Assembly: GCA_964561135.1 (NCBI GenBank) | Contig: CAZLOB010000022.1 | Span: 5,718 to 69,717, forward strand | From: an uncultured Elusimicrobia bacterium | GTDB taxonomy: Bacteria; Elusimicrobiota; Endomicrobiia; DTEH01 | Direction: 5' to 3' | DNA length: 64,000 bases | Shown: piece after piece, positions 1 through 10,080 of the stretch | Layout: each line of letters opens with the position of its first letter | How positions within the stretch are numbered: position 1 is the first letter of the stretch | Program-made: the position numbers and the translations under genes | Notes under the pieces: model-generated | What the model was told of the DNA's origin: nothing | The model's input: only the letters and a program-made list of their open reading frames with translations | Database searches by the model: none

Positions 1-1
1 T

Positions 2-523
2 CGTTCAGCCTTAGAAATATTAAGTGCTGTACCTTCTATTGTGATAGGTATATTTGTGTACGGATTAGTTGTGTTGCCGATGAAAAGATTTTCGTTGCTT
101 GCTGGTTCAATCGCATTAAGTATAATAATGATCCCGTTAGTCGCAAGGACTACTGAAGAAATGTTGAATATGATACCACCAACGATAAAAGAAGCTGGTT
201 TGGCTTTGGGAATAAAAAATTGGAAAGTGATTTTTTATATACTTCTTAACACAGCTAAACCTGGTGTTTTAACAGGGATATTGCTTGCTTTGGCAAGAAT
301 TTTTGGTGAAACAGCACCACTTTTGTTTACTGCTTTTGGGAACAGGTTTTGGCATAGGAGTTTGTTAGACCCTGCTGCTGCTTTACCATTACAAATATTT
401 ATTTATGCAATTTCACCATATGATGACTGGAACAGGCAAGCCTGGGCTGGTGCTTTTGTGTTAATTGCAATTGTTTATATTTTACTTATTATAAGCAGGA
501 AACTAATTTTAAAATATAAGTAA
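2..523 (+). CDS. pstA: phosphate ABC transporter permease PstA, 3' portion (5' end lies outside the window)
   Basis: Open frame from the window edge. Multi-TM permease with EAA-like loop. Immediately followed by pstB and phoU. Confidence 0.8.
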   Translation, partial: RSALEILSAVPSIVIGIFVYGLVVLPMKRFSLLAGSIALSIIMIPLVARTTEEMLNMIPPTIKEAGLALGIKNWKVIFYILLNTAKPGVLTGILLALARIFGETAPLLFTAFGNRFWHRSLLDPAAALPLQIFIYAISPYDDWNRQAWAGAFVLIAIVYILLIISRKLILKYK

Positions 524-530
524 TAATGAT

Positions 531-1292
531 ATGGAAGAGATAAAGATAAAAATAGAAGGGCTCTCTGCTTGGTATAGTGAACATCAAGTTTTAAAAAATA
601 TATCGTTTAATATTTATAAAAACAAAGTGACAGCTATAATTGGGCCATCTGGTTGTGGTAAGTCAACCTTAATAAGATGTATAAACAGGTTGCATGAAGT
701 TGTACCTTTTGCTAAGGTTACAGGTAAAATATATATAGATGACAAAAATATATACGATCCTGATGTTGATCCAATGGAAGTAAGAAAAAAAGTTGGTATG
801 GTTTTCCAACAGCCAAACCCGTTCCCTACGATGACAATTTATGATAATGTCGTAATTGGTCTCAAACTTAACGGTATTAAAGATAAAAAACAACTAAATG
901 AATTAGCAATACAAGCTTTGATTGAAGCAGGATTATACGAAGAAGTAAAAGATAAACTTAATTCTTATGCAACAAAACTTTCCGGTGGGCAACAACAAAG
1001 GTTGTGTATTGCAAGAACTTTAGCTTTGAAACCAGAGATAATTCTTTTTGATGAACCGTGTTCGGCTCTGGATCCAATTTCTACTGCAATAATAGAGAAT
1101 ACAATAGAGAAATTGAAAGAGAATCATACAGTGATAATTGTTACGCACAACTTACAACAAGCAGCAAGAGTTGCTGACTACACAGCATTTTTATATTTAG
1201 GTGAACTAATAGAATATGGTCCAACGAACTCGTTATTCACTGCACCAAAGATGAAAAAAACTGAAGAATACATAAGAGGAGTTTTTGGGTGA
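531..1292 (+). CDS. pstB: phosphate import ATP-binding protein PstB
   Basis: Walker A GPSGCGKST, ABC signature LSGGQQQRL, Walker B ILFDEP. 253 aa, typical PstB length. Confidence 0.92.
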   Translation: MEEIKIKIEGLSAWYSEHQVLKNISFNIYKNKVTAIIGPSGCGKSTLIRCINRLHEVVPFAKVTGKIYIDDKNIYDPDVDPMEVRKKVGMVFQQPNPFPTMTIYDNVVIGLKLNGIKDKKQLNELAIQALIEAGLYEEVKDKLNSYATKLSGGQQQRLCIARTLALKPEIILFDEPCSALDPISTAIIENTIEKLKENHTVIIVTHNLQQAARVADYTAFLYLGELIEYGPTNSLFTAPKMKKTEEYIRGVFG

Positions 1293-1386
1293 TTAATAGT
1301 TAAAGTTGACAGTTGAAGGTCATTTTGTGTGCTTTGTAAGAGTTTATATAGTAGAATTTAATACTATCAATAAATATTGGGAGGTG

Positions 1387-2061
1387 ATGCCAAACATGTT
1401 TCAAGAAAAAATGTTAAGTTTAAAAAACAAAATAATAGAATTTGCTAATTTAGTAATTGATATGTCTAAAGAAACCTTTATACGGTTGAAAAACAGAGAT
1501 GAAAATATTGAAAAGTTAGTAATGGAACGCGAGACAAAAGCAAATAATATGGAAGTAGAAATAGAAGAAGATTGTGTATACATTATAGCACAATATGGAC
1601 CAAAAGCAACTGACTTAAGGTTTGTTATCACGGTATTAAAAATGAGTAACGATTTTGAACGTATTGCTGACCATGTAGTAAATATTGCTCAAAGTGGAAA
1701 AATTTTGATAATGAACAATATGTACATTTTAAAAACATTCTGGAATCTTTTAGAAGAACTTTTTAACAAATCCTCATACATGTTTGAAACAAGCATAAAA
1801 GCGTTTATAAACAAAGATATAGGACAAGCAAAGTATATTTGCAAGTTTGATCAAGAAGTAGATATGTTAAAAAGAGATATATACAAAAAACTTGTTGAAG
1901 AAATAAAAAACAATCCTGAAAATATTGAGAATTTGTTACATATTGAAAGAATAATAAACAATCTTGAACGTATTGCAGATTTGTCTACTAACATTTGTGA
2001 AGATGTTGTGTTTTTATACGAAGCAGCAATTATAAAACATCATAAGAAAGAAATTTTGTAG
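1387..2061 (+). CDS. phoU: phosphate transport system regulator PhoU
   Basis: Two PhoU repeats (ERIADH..., ERIADLSTNICEDV). ATG at 1387 preceded by GGGAGG. The track ORF from 1306 would overlap the pstB stop region and is less likely. Confidence 0.85.
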   Translation: MPNMFQEKMLSLKNKIIEFANLVIDMSKETFIRLKNRDENIEKLVMERETKANNMEVEIEEDCVYIIAQYGPKATDLRFVITVLKMSNDFERIADHVVNIAQSGKILIMNNMYILKTFWNLLEELFNKSSYMFETSIKAFINKDIGQAKYICKFDQEVDMLKRDIYKKLVEEIKNNPENIENLLHIERIINNLERIADLSTNICEDVVFLYEAAIIKHHKKEIL

Positions 2062-2064
2062 TTT

Positions 2065-3078
2065 ATGTTATTTATACTTTTTATTGTTTTAAACCTTTCC
2101 TTTAATTTATACTCAGAGGTAAGGATAGTTGCAGTAGGTGATTTCATGCCTGGAAGTACTTATCCAAAACCGATACTTCTCTCTAAAGAAAAACTTGATG
2201 AAATTTGTGAAAATATAAAACAATATATACCTCAAGCTGATATAAAAATATTTAACTTAGAAGGGGTTTTAACAACAAGTACACAACCTTTTAAAAGAAT
2301 TAAAAAAACTTATTATTTTGCAATACCACCTGAATATGTGACAATAATAAAAAAATTAGGGTTTAACACAGCAAGTCTGGTTAACAACCATGTGTTAGAT
2401 TTTGGTTTAAGCGGATATAAAGAAACAGTAAAAATTTTAGAAGAAAATCAAATAAAGTATGCTGGTGAAAAAGGTAAGTTTGCTGAGTTTATTGTTAAGG
2501 AAAAAAAAGTTTGTGTTGTATCGTTCGGTTTTACTTATCCTAAAAAATTTTATTCAATTTTAAACATTAACGAAGCAAAAAAAGTTGTCACTGAATTAAA
2601 AGAAAAATATGATATAGTTATTGTTTCTTTTCATGGTGGCAAAGAAAGTTTTGAAAGGACTTTTGATGAAATGGAAGAATTTTTATCAGAAAAAAGGGGT
2701 AACTTAATAGCGTTTAGTCATGCTGTTATTGACGCAGGTGCTGACTTAGTAATAGGTCATGGTCCACATGTTCCACGTGCATTAGAGTTGTATAAGAAAA
2801 AACTTATTGTTTATAGCCTGGGAAACTTTTTTACATATGCAAGGTTTAATTTAGAAGGTATACGTTCATATGCACCAATGATATACGTTCTTCTTGATGA
2901 CGAGGGAAATTTTAAAGAAGGTAAAATAATACCGTTTATACAAACTGGTTTAGGTATACCTGTTTTTGATAACGAAAAAAAAGTTGTTAAATTAATAAAA
3001 AAATTAACTGAGCTTGACTTCCCACAAACAACATTGCATATTGACGAGGAAGGGAATCTGCAAATTAAACAATATTAA
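2065..3078 (+). CDS. CapA-family (poly-gamma-glutamate synthesis/PGA_cap) metallophosphatase-like protein with N-terminal signal/TM
   Basis: N-terminal hydrophobic segment. Motifs VAVGDFMPGS, NNHVLDFG, GHGPHV and YSLGNF typical of CapA/YwtB calcineurin-like family. Confidence 0.7.
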   Translation: MLFILFIVLNLSFNLYSEVRIVAVGDFMPGSTYPKPILLSKEKLDEICENIKQYIPQADIKIFNLEGVLTTSTQPFKRIKKTYYFAIPPEYVTIIKKLGFNTASLVNNHVLDFGLSGYKETVKILEENQIKYAGEKGKFAEFIVKEKKVCVVSFGFTYPKKFYSILNINEAKKVVTELKEKYDIVIVSFHGGKESFERTFDEMEEFLSEKRGNLIAFSHAVIDAGADLVIGHGPHVPRALELYKKKLIVYSLGNFFTYARFNLEGIRSYAPMIYVLLDDEGNFKEGKIIPFIQTGLGIPVFDNEKKVVKLIKKLTELDFPQTTLHIDEEGNLQIKQY

Positions 3079-3219
3079 ATCAATCCTTTATGTATCTAAA
3101 TCGTATATTCAAAAAAAAATGACAAGCACGTTAAGCAATTTTTAAAACTATTGATTTTTAGAATATAAATTAGTAAATGATTAAAGTGTCAAATTTTAAA
3201 CTATATTTTGTAAACAATC

Positions 3220-4342
3220 ATGACAATAAATCAAGAATTAATTGAAAAATACAAAGATCTTGTTTCTGAAATAGGAAAGATTGGAGATTTTCTTTAACAT
3301 TGCTGAAAAAGAAAAACTTTTGGCTGAGATACAACAAAAACTTGCTAATACTCAACTGTGGCAAAACACTTCTTCACAACAATATCTTGAACTAACAAAA
3401 CAATTTCAAGAAGTTCAAAAGAGTTTAGAAGTATATAACAAAATAAAATATTTACAACAAGAGTTAGAAACAATATTAGAACTACATAAAGAAACAGATG
3501 AACATTCTTTGGCAACAGAGTTTAAAAATTATCTTGCAGAACTACAGCAAATTGTAAACCAACTTAAGTTAACAATTTTTCTTAACGAACCATATGATAA
3601 ATCTAACGCTATTGTAACGCTTCATGCAGGCGCTGGTGGAACTGAAGCTTGTGACTGGGTTGAGATGTTGTTTAGGATGTACACACGTTGGGCAGATAAA
3701 AAAGGGTTTAAAGTAGAACTTGTTGATATTTCAAAAGGTGAGGAAGCGGGTTTTCGTAGTGTTATGTTTATTGTTAAGGGAGATTATGCATATGGTTTAC
3801 TTAAAGGTGAGGAAGGTGTACATAGGTTAGTGCGAATATCACCCTTTGATGCAAACAAAAGACGACATACATCGTTTGCAAGTTGTGATGTTGCAGCAGA
3901 AGTTGCTGAAGAAGAAATAGTTATTGACGAAAATGATTTAAAGATAGAGACATTTCGTGCTTCAGGCCATGGTGGACAACATCTACAAAAAACTGAGTCT
4001 GCAGTAAGGATTACTCATATACCCACAGGGATTGTGGTACAATGTCAGACAGAACGGTCTCAGTTAAAAAATAAACTAACTGCTTTAAAAATTTTAAAAT
4101 CAAGATTGTACAAACTTAAAAAAGAACAAGAATTAAAAGAAAAGCAAAAAGAACGTATACAGAAAGGTGAGATTGGCTGGGGTAGGCAAAAACGTTCTTA
4201 CATTTTTATGCCGTATCAACTTGTAAAAGATCATATTACAGGAGTTGAAGTAGGAGATATTAATTCTGTAATGGACGGAGAAATAGATGTTTTTATTCAA
4301 GCATATCTTGAATATATTGCAAAAAAGAATAAAAAAATATGA
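3220..4342 (+). CDS. prfB: peptide chain release factor 2, programmed +1 frameshift (ORF0 3220..3294 joined to 3296..4342)
   Basis: Short ORF0 MTINQELIEKYKDLVSEIGKIGDFL ends at CTT TAA C (3292-3298), preceded by an internal GGAG. The +1 frame continues with full RF2 (SPF motif RISPFDANKRRHTSF, GGQ motif [10 protein letters not shown]). No ATG for the main frame. Confidence 0.85.
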
Positions 4343-5409
4343 ATCAAATAGAGAATTTAAGGAAAAAAATAAACCGGATCGATCTAAAAATACTGAATTT
4401 ATTGAACCGTCGTGCTGAGATTGCAAAACAAATTGGCCAAATCAAATCTTCTAAAGGATACCAAATTTATTCTCCAGAACGAGAAAAAGAAATTATACAA
4501 AAAATGATAAAACATAATATGGGACCATTAGATGAGGAAGATGTGAAAGAAATTTTTTCTTTGATTATTCAAATCTGCAGGTATCAACAAAAAAAATTTA
4601 AAGTTTCATATTTAGGTCCTGAAGGAACTTTTACCCAACTTGCAGCAATAAAAATTTTTGGTAATAGAAACATTTATATACCTAAAGAAACAATAGGCGA
4701 TGTGTTTTACAGTGTTGAAAAAAACGAGGTTGAGTACGGTGTTGTTCCTGTAGAAAACACTACTGAAGGTATTGTTTCTCATACACTTGATATGTTTTTA
4801 GAATGTGATTTATACATCTGTGGCGAACTTGATATGAAAATTTCACATTGTTTGCTTTCAAAAGAAAACTCTATTAAAAAAATAAAGTATGTATATTCTA
4901 ACCCACAAGCTTTTGCTCAATGTAAAAACTTTGTTTCTACAAAGTTACATTATGCGAAACTAATTGAAGTGTCTTCTACTGCGGAAGCAGCAAAAATTGT
5001 TGCTAAAAAAAGGTATTCTGCAGCAATATCCTCAGAAGTAAGTGCCAAAATTTATAAATTAAACATTTTAGAAAGAAACATACAGGATTTAGAAGATAAC
5101 TACACAAAGTTTATTGTTATTGGTAAACACCCTATAATGAGACCATCTGGGAAAGATAAAACATCAATTTTGTTTTCTTTAAAAGACAGGGTTGGTATAC
5201 TGCATGACGCTTTAGCACCGTTTAAAAAACATGGGATTAACCTAACAAAGATAGAATCCAGACCGTCAAAACAACGTCCATGGGAATATGTTTTCTTTGT
5301 AGATTTTGTTGGCCATATAAACGATAAAAATGTTAAAAAAGCAATTGAAGAACTGGAAAATTTGTGTACAAATTATAAATTTTTAGGTTCGTATCCACAA
5401 GCGAAATAA
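4339..5409 (+). CDS. pheA: bifunctional chorismate mutase / prephenate dehydratase (P-protein)
   Basis: N-terminal CM_2 helix (LRKKINRIDLKILNLLNRRAEIAKQIGQIK), PDT domain and C-terminal ACT. ATGA overlap with prfB. Confidence 0.85.
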   Translation: MNQIENLRKKINRIDLKILNLLNRRAEIAKQIGQIKSSKGYQIYSPEREKEIIQKMIKHNMGPLDEEDVKEIFSLIIQICRYQQKKFKVSYLGPEGTFTQLAAIKIFGNRNIYIPKETIGDVFYSVEKNEVEYGVVPVENTTEGIVSHTLDMFLECDLYICGELDMKISHCLLSKENSIKKIKYVYSNPQAFAQCKNFVSTKLHYAKLIEVSSTAEAAKIVAKKRYSAAISSEVSAKIYKLNILERNIQDLEDNYTKFIVIGKHPIMRPSGKDKTSILFSLKDRVGILHDALAPFKKHGINLTKIESRPSKQRPWEYVFFVDFVGHINDKNVKKAIEELENLCTNYKFLGSYPQAK

Positions 5410-5419
5410 GTTTAAAACA

Positions 5420-6541
5420 ATGAAAAAAAATATACCGCTACCACAACCTAGAAAAGAAATAAAAAATTTTCAACCATATATTCCTGGCAGACCTATTGAA
5501 GAAATTCAGGATAAATTTGGACTAAAAAATGTTTACAAACTTGCCTCAAACGAAAATCCGCTCGGTTGTTCAAAAACAGTAAAAAATCTTTTAGGCAAAT
5601 TGTACACTTTATTTCATAGGTATCCTGAAGGGTCAAGTTTAAAACTAAGAGAAAAAATTGCAAAAAAGTTTAATGTTTCAAAAGAAGAAGTGATAATAGG
5701 TGCTGGTACTGACGAACTTATCGAACTTCTTGGTAAAACATATCTTTCAAAAGAAGACAATATTGTTGTCTCAAACCATGCGTTTATAAGATATAAAATG
5801 GCAGGCGAGCTTATGGGTTGTAAAGTAATATCAGTACCAATGAAAGATTTTACTCATGATTTGTTCTCAATGGCAAAAAAAGTTAACAAAAAAACTAAAA
5901 TTGTTTTCATTGCTAATCCTAACAATCCAACTGGAACATATAATACAAAAGATGAAGTAAATTGGATGTTAAAATATTTTTTAGAAAAAAAACTTTATCC
6001 AATAGTTGTATTTGATGAAGCGTATTACGAATATGCAAAAGTTTTCAATGATTATCCGGACAGTTTGTCTTTGCGCAAATTATATCCAAATATTGTCATA
6101 CTTAGGACATTTTCAAAAGTATATGGTCTTGCAGGGTTAAGAATAGGGTTTGGTATTTCAAGAAAAGAAATTATTGCTGAATTAGACAGGGTTCGTCCCC
6201 CGTTTAATGTTTCTGTTGTAGCACAATATGTTGCAGAAAAGGCTATTGATGATGAAGAACATATAGAAAAATCCGTGTCTCATGTTATCCGTGAGAAAGA
6301 ATTTTTGTATACTCAATTAGATAAACTTAAAATTGATTATATAAAGTCAGCAACAAATTTTGTTTTAATCAATGTTTATCCAAAGAAAGGAATTGATGTG
6401 TTTTCAAAATTGCTTAGTAAAGGTATTATTGTACGCGCAATGGATGAGTACGATTTACCAAATCATATACGAGTAACTATTGGGACAAGGAAAGAAAATA
6501 TTAAGTTCATAAACAATTTCAAACAAATAATAAAAAACTAA
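5420..6541 (+). CDS. hisC: histidinol-phosphate / aromatic aminotransferase (HisC family, class II PLP aminotransferase)
   Basis: PLP-lysine context SFSKVYGLAGLRIGF. KLASNENPLG motif. Sits between pheA and DAHP synthase/tyrA, as in the B. subtilis hisC-tyrA-aroE arrangement. Confidence 0.8.
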   Translation: MKKNIPLPQPRKEIKNFQPYIPGRPIEEIQDKFGLKNVYKLASNENPLGCSKTVKNLLGKLYTLFHRYPEGSSLKLREKIAKKFNVSKEEVIIGAGTDELIELLGKTYLSKEDNIVVSNHAFIRYKMAGELMGCKVISVPMKDFTHDLFSMAKKVNKKTKIVFIANPNNPTGTYNTKDEVNWMLKYFLEKKLYPIVVFDEAYYEYAKVFNDYPDSLSLRKLYPNIVILRTFSKVYGLAGLRIGFGISRKEIIAELDRVRPPFNVSVVAQYVAEKAIDDEEHIEKSVSHVIREKEFLYTQLDKLKIDYIKSATNFVLINVYPKKGIDVFSKLLSKGIIVRAMDEYDLPNHIRVTIGTRKENIKFINNFKQIIKN

Positions 6542-6891
6542 TGCAATATTTAGTTTTAGGTATAGTTGCGGGTATATTAGGTGGGTTGTTAGGTATAGGT
6601 GGTGGTACAATCATAGTTCCATATTTAGTTTATATTAAAAATTTTACTCAACATCAGGCACAAGGTGTAAGTTTAATACTTGCGGCTTTACCAATTGGTT
6701 TGCTTGCTTTATTGAAATATTACAAAGAAGGGAACTTTGATTTAAAGATAGGTTTTATAATAGCAATTGGTTTTTTTCTTGGTGGATATTTAGGTGCCAC
6801 AATAGCACATAAAATTCCTGAAAACCTACTTAGGAAATTATTTGGTATATATTTGCTACTTTTAGGTTTAAAAATGGTATTCGGCAAATGA
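6541..6891 (+). CDS. half-size TSUP (TauE/SafE, DUF81) family membrane protein
   Basis: 116 aa, about 4 TM helices, G-rich GGLLGIGGG and ILAALPIG motifs of a TSUP repeat unit. Start overlaps the hisC stop. Confidence 0.6.
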   Translation: MQYLVLGIVAGILGGLLGIGGGTIIVPYLVYIKNFTQHQAQGVSLILAALPIGLLALLKYYKEGNFDLKIGFIIAIGFFLGGYLGATIAHKIPENLLRKLFGIYLLLLGLKMVFGK

Positions 6892-6899
6892 AAGGAGGG
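6891..6899 (+). promoter_or_regulatory. ribosome binding site for DAHP synthase (AAAGGAGGG)
   Basis: Consensus SD 7 nt upstream of the ATG at 6907. Confidence 0.6.
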
Positions 6900-6906
6900 A
6901 AAACAA

Positions 6907-7923
6907 ATGATATTAGTTTTAAAAAATAATATCTCAGAAGAACAATTTAATCATATAATAGAAAAAATTAAAGAGTTAGGTTTTACACCACATATATCCA
7001 GGGGTGTAAAAAAGACAATTGTTGGTTTAATTGGAGAACAAGCTGAACGTTATAGAGAAATTTTTGAATCAATAGAAGGTATTGAACATATTTCTGAAAT
7101 TGAGAACCCGTTTAAGTTAGCAAGTAGAGAATTTAAAGAAGAAGATACAATAGTAAAAGTAAATCCTGAGGTTGAGCTTGGTGGTAAAAAAATTGTTGTT
7201 ATAGCTGGACCTTGTGCTGTTGAATCTAAAGAACAATTTTTAACTATTGCGAAAGAGGTTAAGAAACACGGTGCTGTTTTGTTACGAGGAGGTATTTTTA
7301 AACCACGTACTTCACCATATTCGTTTCAAGGGTTAGGTAAAGATGGACTAAAAATTTTAAAAGAAGTAAAAGAAGAAGTTGGGTTAGGTATTGTATCTGA
7401 AGCGATGAATATTGAACAAGTTGAAATTTTAGCTGAATATGTTGATATTATACAAATTGGTGCAAGAAATGTACAAAATTTTGAGTTACTTAAAGCTGCT
7501 GGAAGAATAAAAAAACCTGTATTATTAAAACGTGGTATGGCAACAACAATCAAAGAATGGCTAATGTCAGCAGAATATATTATGGCAGAAGGAAATTATA
7601 ACGTAATACTTTGTGAACGAGGTATACGTACGTTTGAAGATTCAACAAGGTTTACTTTAGACTTAAATGCGATACCTGTAGTAAAAAGTTTATCTCATCT
7701 ACCTGTAATTGTTGATCCAAGCCATGGTATAGGAATAAGAAATTTTGTACCAACAATGGCAAAGGCTGCTATTGTAGCAGGTGCCGACGGGTTAATCATA
7801 GAAGTACATCATAATCCTGAACAAGCACTTTCTGATGGCCCACAAAGTATCTATCCGTACCAGTTTGCACAACTTATGCAAGACCTTAGAAAACTTGTGG
7901 AAGCTATCGGAAGAAGTATATAG
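6907..7923 (+). CDS. aroF: 3-deoxy-7-phosphoheptulonate (DAHP) synthase, type I-beta with N-terminal ferredoxin-like regulatory domain
   Basis: About 70-aa N-terminal extension followed by a KDO8PS-like DAHPS barrel (IAGPCAVES, KPRTSPY, DPSH). Strong RBS AAAGGAGGG at 6891-6899. Confidence 0.85.
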   Translation: MILVLKNNISEEQFNHIIEKIKELGFTPHISRGVKKTIVGLIGEQAERYREIFESIEGIEHISEIENPFKLASREFKEEDTIVKVNPEVELGGKKIVVIAGPCAVESKEQFLTIAKEVKKHGAVLLRGGIFKPRTSPYSFQGLGKDGLKILKEVKEEVGLGIVSEAMNIEQVEILAEYVDIIQIGARNVQNFELLKAAGRIKKPVLLKRGMATTIKEWLMSAEYIMAEGNYNVILCERGIRTFEDSTRFTLDLNAIPVVKSLSHLPVIVDPSHGIGIRNFVPTMAKAAIVAGADGLIIEVHHNPEQALSDGPQSIYPYQFAQLMQDLRKLVEAIGRSI

Positions 7924-7929
7924 CTACTG

Positions 7930-8802
7930 ATGCAAATAAAACAGATAAGTATAATAGGTGTAGGTCTCATTGGTGGATCAATTGGTTTAGCATTAAAAAA
8001 ATGTTTATCTTCTGTAGTTATTATTGGTGTTGGGAGGAATGTTGACAAGTTAAAAATTGCAAAAGAAAAAGGATGTATTGACAAGTTTACAACTGATATT
8101 AAAGAAGGTGTAAAAGACGCAGATATTGTCATTATTAGTGTTCCTGTTAATTTAACTATAAAATTCGTAGAGTTAGTTTTACCATATGTGAAAGAAGATG
8201 CTGTAATAACAGATGTTGCGTCAGTGAAAAATGAAATAATAAAAAAAGTAAAACAAAAGATATTAAAGGTAAAGAAAACAAAAAAAGTACATTTTGTAGG
8301 TTGTCATCCATTAGCAGGACTTGAAAAATCAGGTGTTGAATATGCAAAAGAAAACCTGTTTGAAAATTCTGTCTGCGTTATATGTTATGACAAAACAATA
8401 TGTTCTAAAGATGCTTTAAATAAAATAAAATTTTTGTGGGAAACAATGAAAGCAAATGTCGTTGATCTTGATCCACACAAACATGATAAAATTCTCGCAT
8501 TAACAAGTCATATGTTACATATTATAGCATATGTTTTAGCAAAACAAATTAATTCAAAAAAGGAATATTTAAAATTTACTGCTGGTGCGTATAGAGATAT
8601 GACACGTATCGCTGCGTCAAACCCTGAAATGTGGGCTCAAATATGTTATATGAACAGAAGTTTTGTAAAAAACGAGTTAAAAAAATTTTTAAACTTAACA
8701 AAACAAGTTCTAAACTGTTTAGACAACTACAATAAATTAAAAAAATTTTTCAGTACAGCTTACAGACTTAAACTAAAAAGTTATGAACATAAAAGTATAT
8801 AA
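7930..8802 (+). CDS. tyrA: prephenate dehydrogenase
   Basis: Rossmann motif IIGVGLIGGSIG, prephenate DH catalytic region (HPLAG), embedded in the aro operon. Confidence 0.85.
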   Translation: MQIKQISIIGVGLIGGSIGLALKKCLSSVVIIGVGRNVDKLKIAKEKGCIDKFTTDIKEGVKDADIVIISVPVNLTIKFVELVLPYVKEDAVITDVASVKNEIIKKVKQKILKVKKTKKVHFVGCHPLAGLEKSGVEYAKENLFENSVCVICYDKTICSKDALNKIKFLWETMKANVVDLDPHKHDKILALTSHMLHIIAYVLAKQINSKKEYLKFTAGAYRDMTRIAASNPEMWAQICYMNRSFVKNELKKFLNLTKQVLNCLDNYNKLKKFFSTAYRLKLKSYEHKSI

Positions 8803-10075
8803 GAAAGACAAAATTAAAGCAGAAATAGAAGTTCCTCCAGACAAATCTATAACACATAGAGCTATAATGTTAGCATCTATATCTTCAGGTGTATCAGAGA
8901 TACACAATTTTTTAAAAAGTAAAGATTGTTATTCTACTATTAACGCTTTTAGGTCGCTTGGAGTAAAAATTGTTGAAGAAAAAAATACATTAAAAGTTTA
9001 CGGTGTTGGTATGGAAGGATTAAAACAACCAAACGATGTTATTGACGCTGGTAACTCTGGCACTACAGTAAGGTTAATATCAGGCATTCTTGCTGGAAAC
9101 GAGATAGAAGTAAAAATTGTTGGTGATGAAAGTTTGTCAAAACGTCCAATGAAACGTATTGTAGAACCGTTATCTCTTATGGGTGCAAAAATTGTTGCTA
9201 CTGAAGGTAACTATTTGCCTATGACTATATATGGAAGCAAAAACTTAAAATCTATCACTTGGGAAAGTAAAATTGCGTCAGCACAAGTAAAATCTTGTAT
9301 TCTATTTGCAGGAATGTATGCAGAAGGTGAAACAATTTATATCGAACCACAAATATCAAGAGATCATACAGAACGTATGTTACAATACTTGGATGTAAAC
9401 ATTGAGAAAAAAGATAGGGTGTGCTCAATTAAGGGTAAAATAAAAAGAATAAAAAATTTTGAAATTGAAATACCAGGAGATCCATCTTCTGCAAGCTATT
9501 TTGTAGCAATTGGTATCTTAACAAAAGATTCTGAGATAGTTATAAGAAATGTTTGTGTAAATCCTACTCGTATGGGATTTATAAACACTTTAATAAAAAT
9601 GGGCGCAAATATAAGTTTGACAAACTTAAAAACAAAATATAATGAACCTGTTGCTGATCTTGTTGTAAAAAGTAGTAAACTAAAAGGTATAAACATATCT
9701 GCTGACGATGTACCATCAATGATTGATGAACTACCGCTGCTTGCTGTTATTGCGACACAGGCTGATGGTTTAACAGAAATACGTGGTGCACAAGAATTAA
9801 GAGTAAAAGAATCTGACAGAATCAAAACTATTACAACTGAACTACAAAAATTAGGTGCAAAAATTGTTGAACTTGAAGATGGTATGATTGTAATGGGTAA
9901 TACAAAACTTTCTTCTGAAAAAGATATTATTGAATTAGAATCTTATAAAGACCATAGGATTGCTTTAAGTTTAGCTGTAGCTGGAACTATTTGTGAAAGA
10001 AATGTAGTTATAAAAGATGCTGAGTGTGTTGATATATCTTTTCCAAACTTTTGGGAAATTTTTAATAGTTTATAA
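8783..10075 (+). CDS. aroA: 3-phosphoshikimate 1-carboxyvinyltransferase (EPSP synthase)
   Basis: 430 aa. Motifs LGNSGTTVRL and RVKESDRI. 20-nt overlap with tyrA. Confidence 0.9.
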   Translation: MNIKVYKKDKIKAEIEVPPDKSITHRAIMLASISSGVSEIHNFLKSKDCYSTINAFRSLGVKIVEEKNTLKVYGVGMEGLKQPNDVIDAGNSGTTVRLISGILAGNEIEVKIVGDESLSKRPMKRIVEPLSLMGAKIVATEGNYLPMTIYGSKNLKSITWESKIASAQVKSCILFAGMYAEGETIYIEPQISRDHTERMLQYLDVNIEKKDRVCSIKGKIKRIKNFEIEIPGDPSSASYFVAIGILTKDSEIVIRNVCVNPTRMGFINTLIKMGANISLTNLKTKYNEPVADLVVKSSKLKGINISADDVPSMIDELPLLAVIATQADGLTEIRGAQELRVKESDRIKTITTELQKLGAKIVELEDGMIVMGNTKLSSEKDIIELESYKDHRIALSLAVAGTICERNVVIKDAECVDISFPNFWEIFNSL

Positions 10076-10080
10076 AAATT

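Noticed and set aside
1306-1386. Longer phoU ORF starting at 1306 (MTVEGHF...)
   Set aside because: N-terminus does not resemble PhoU and there is no RBS. The ATG at 1387 behind GGGAGG gives a standard-length PhoU, so the upstream stretch is more likely promoter/UTR.
3281-3295. TTG at 3281 as a conventional start for RF2 without frameshifting
   Set aside because: No usable spacing to an RBS. It would remove the conserved RF2 N-terminal helix that ORF0 encodes. The ORF0 + CUU-stop-C architecture matches the known recoding site.
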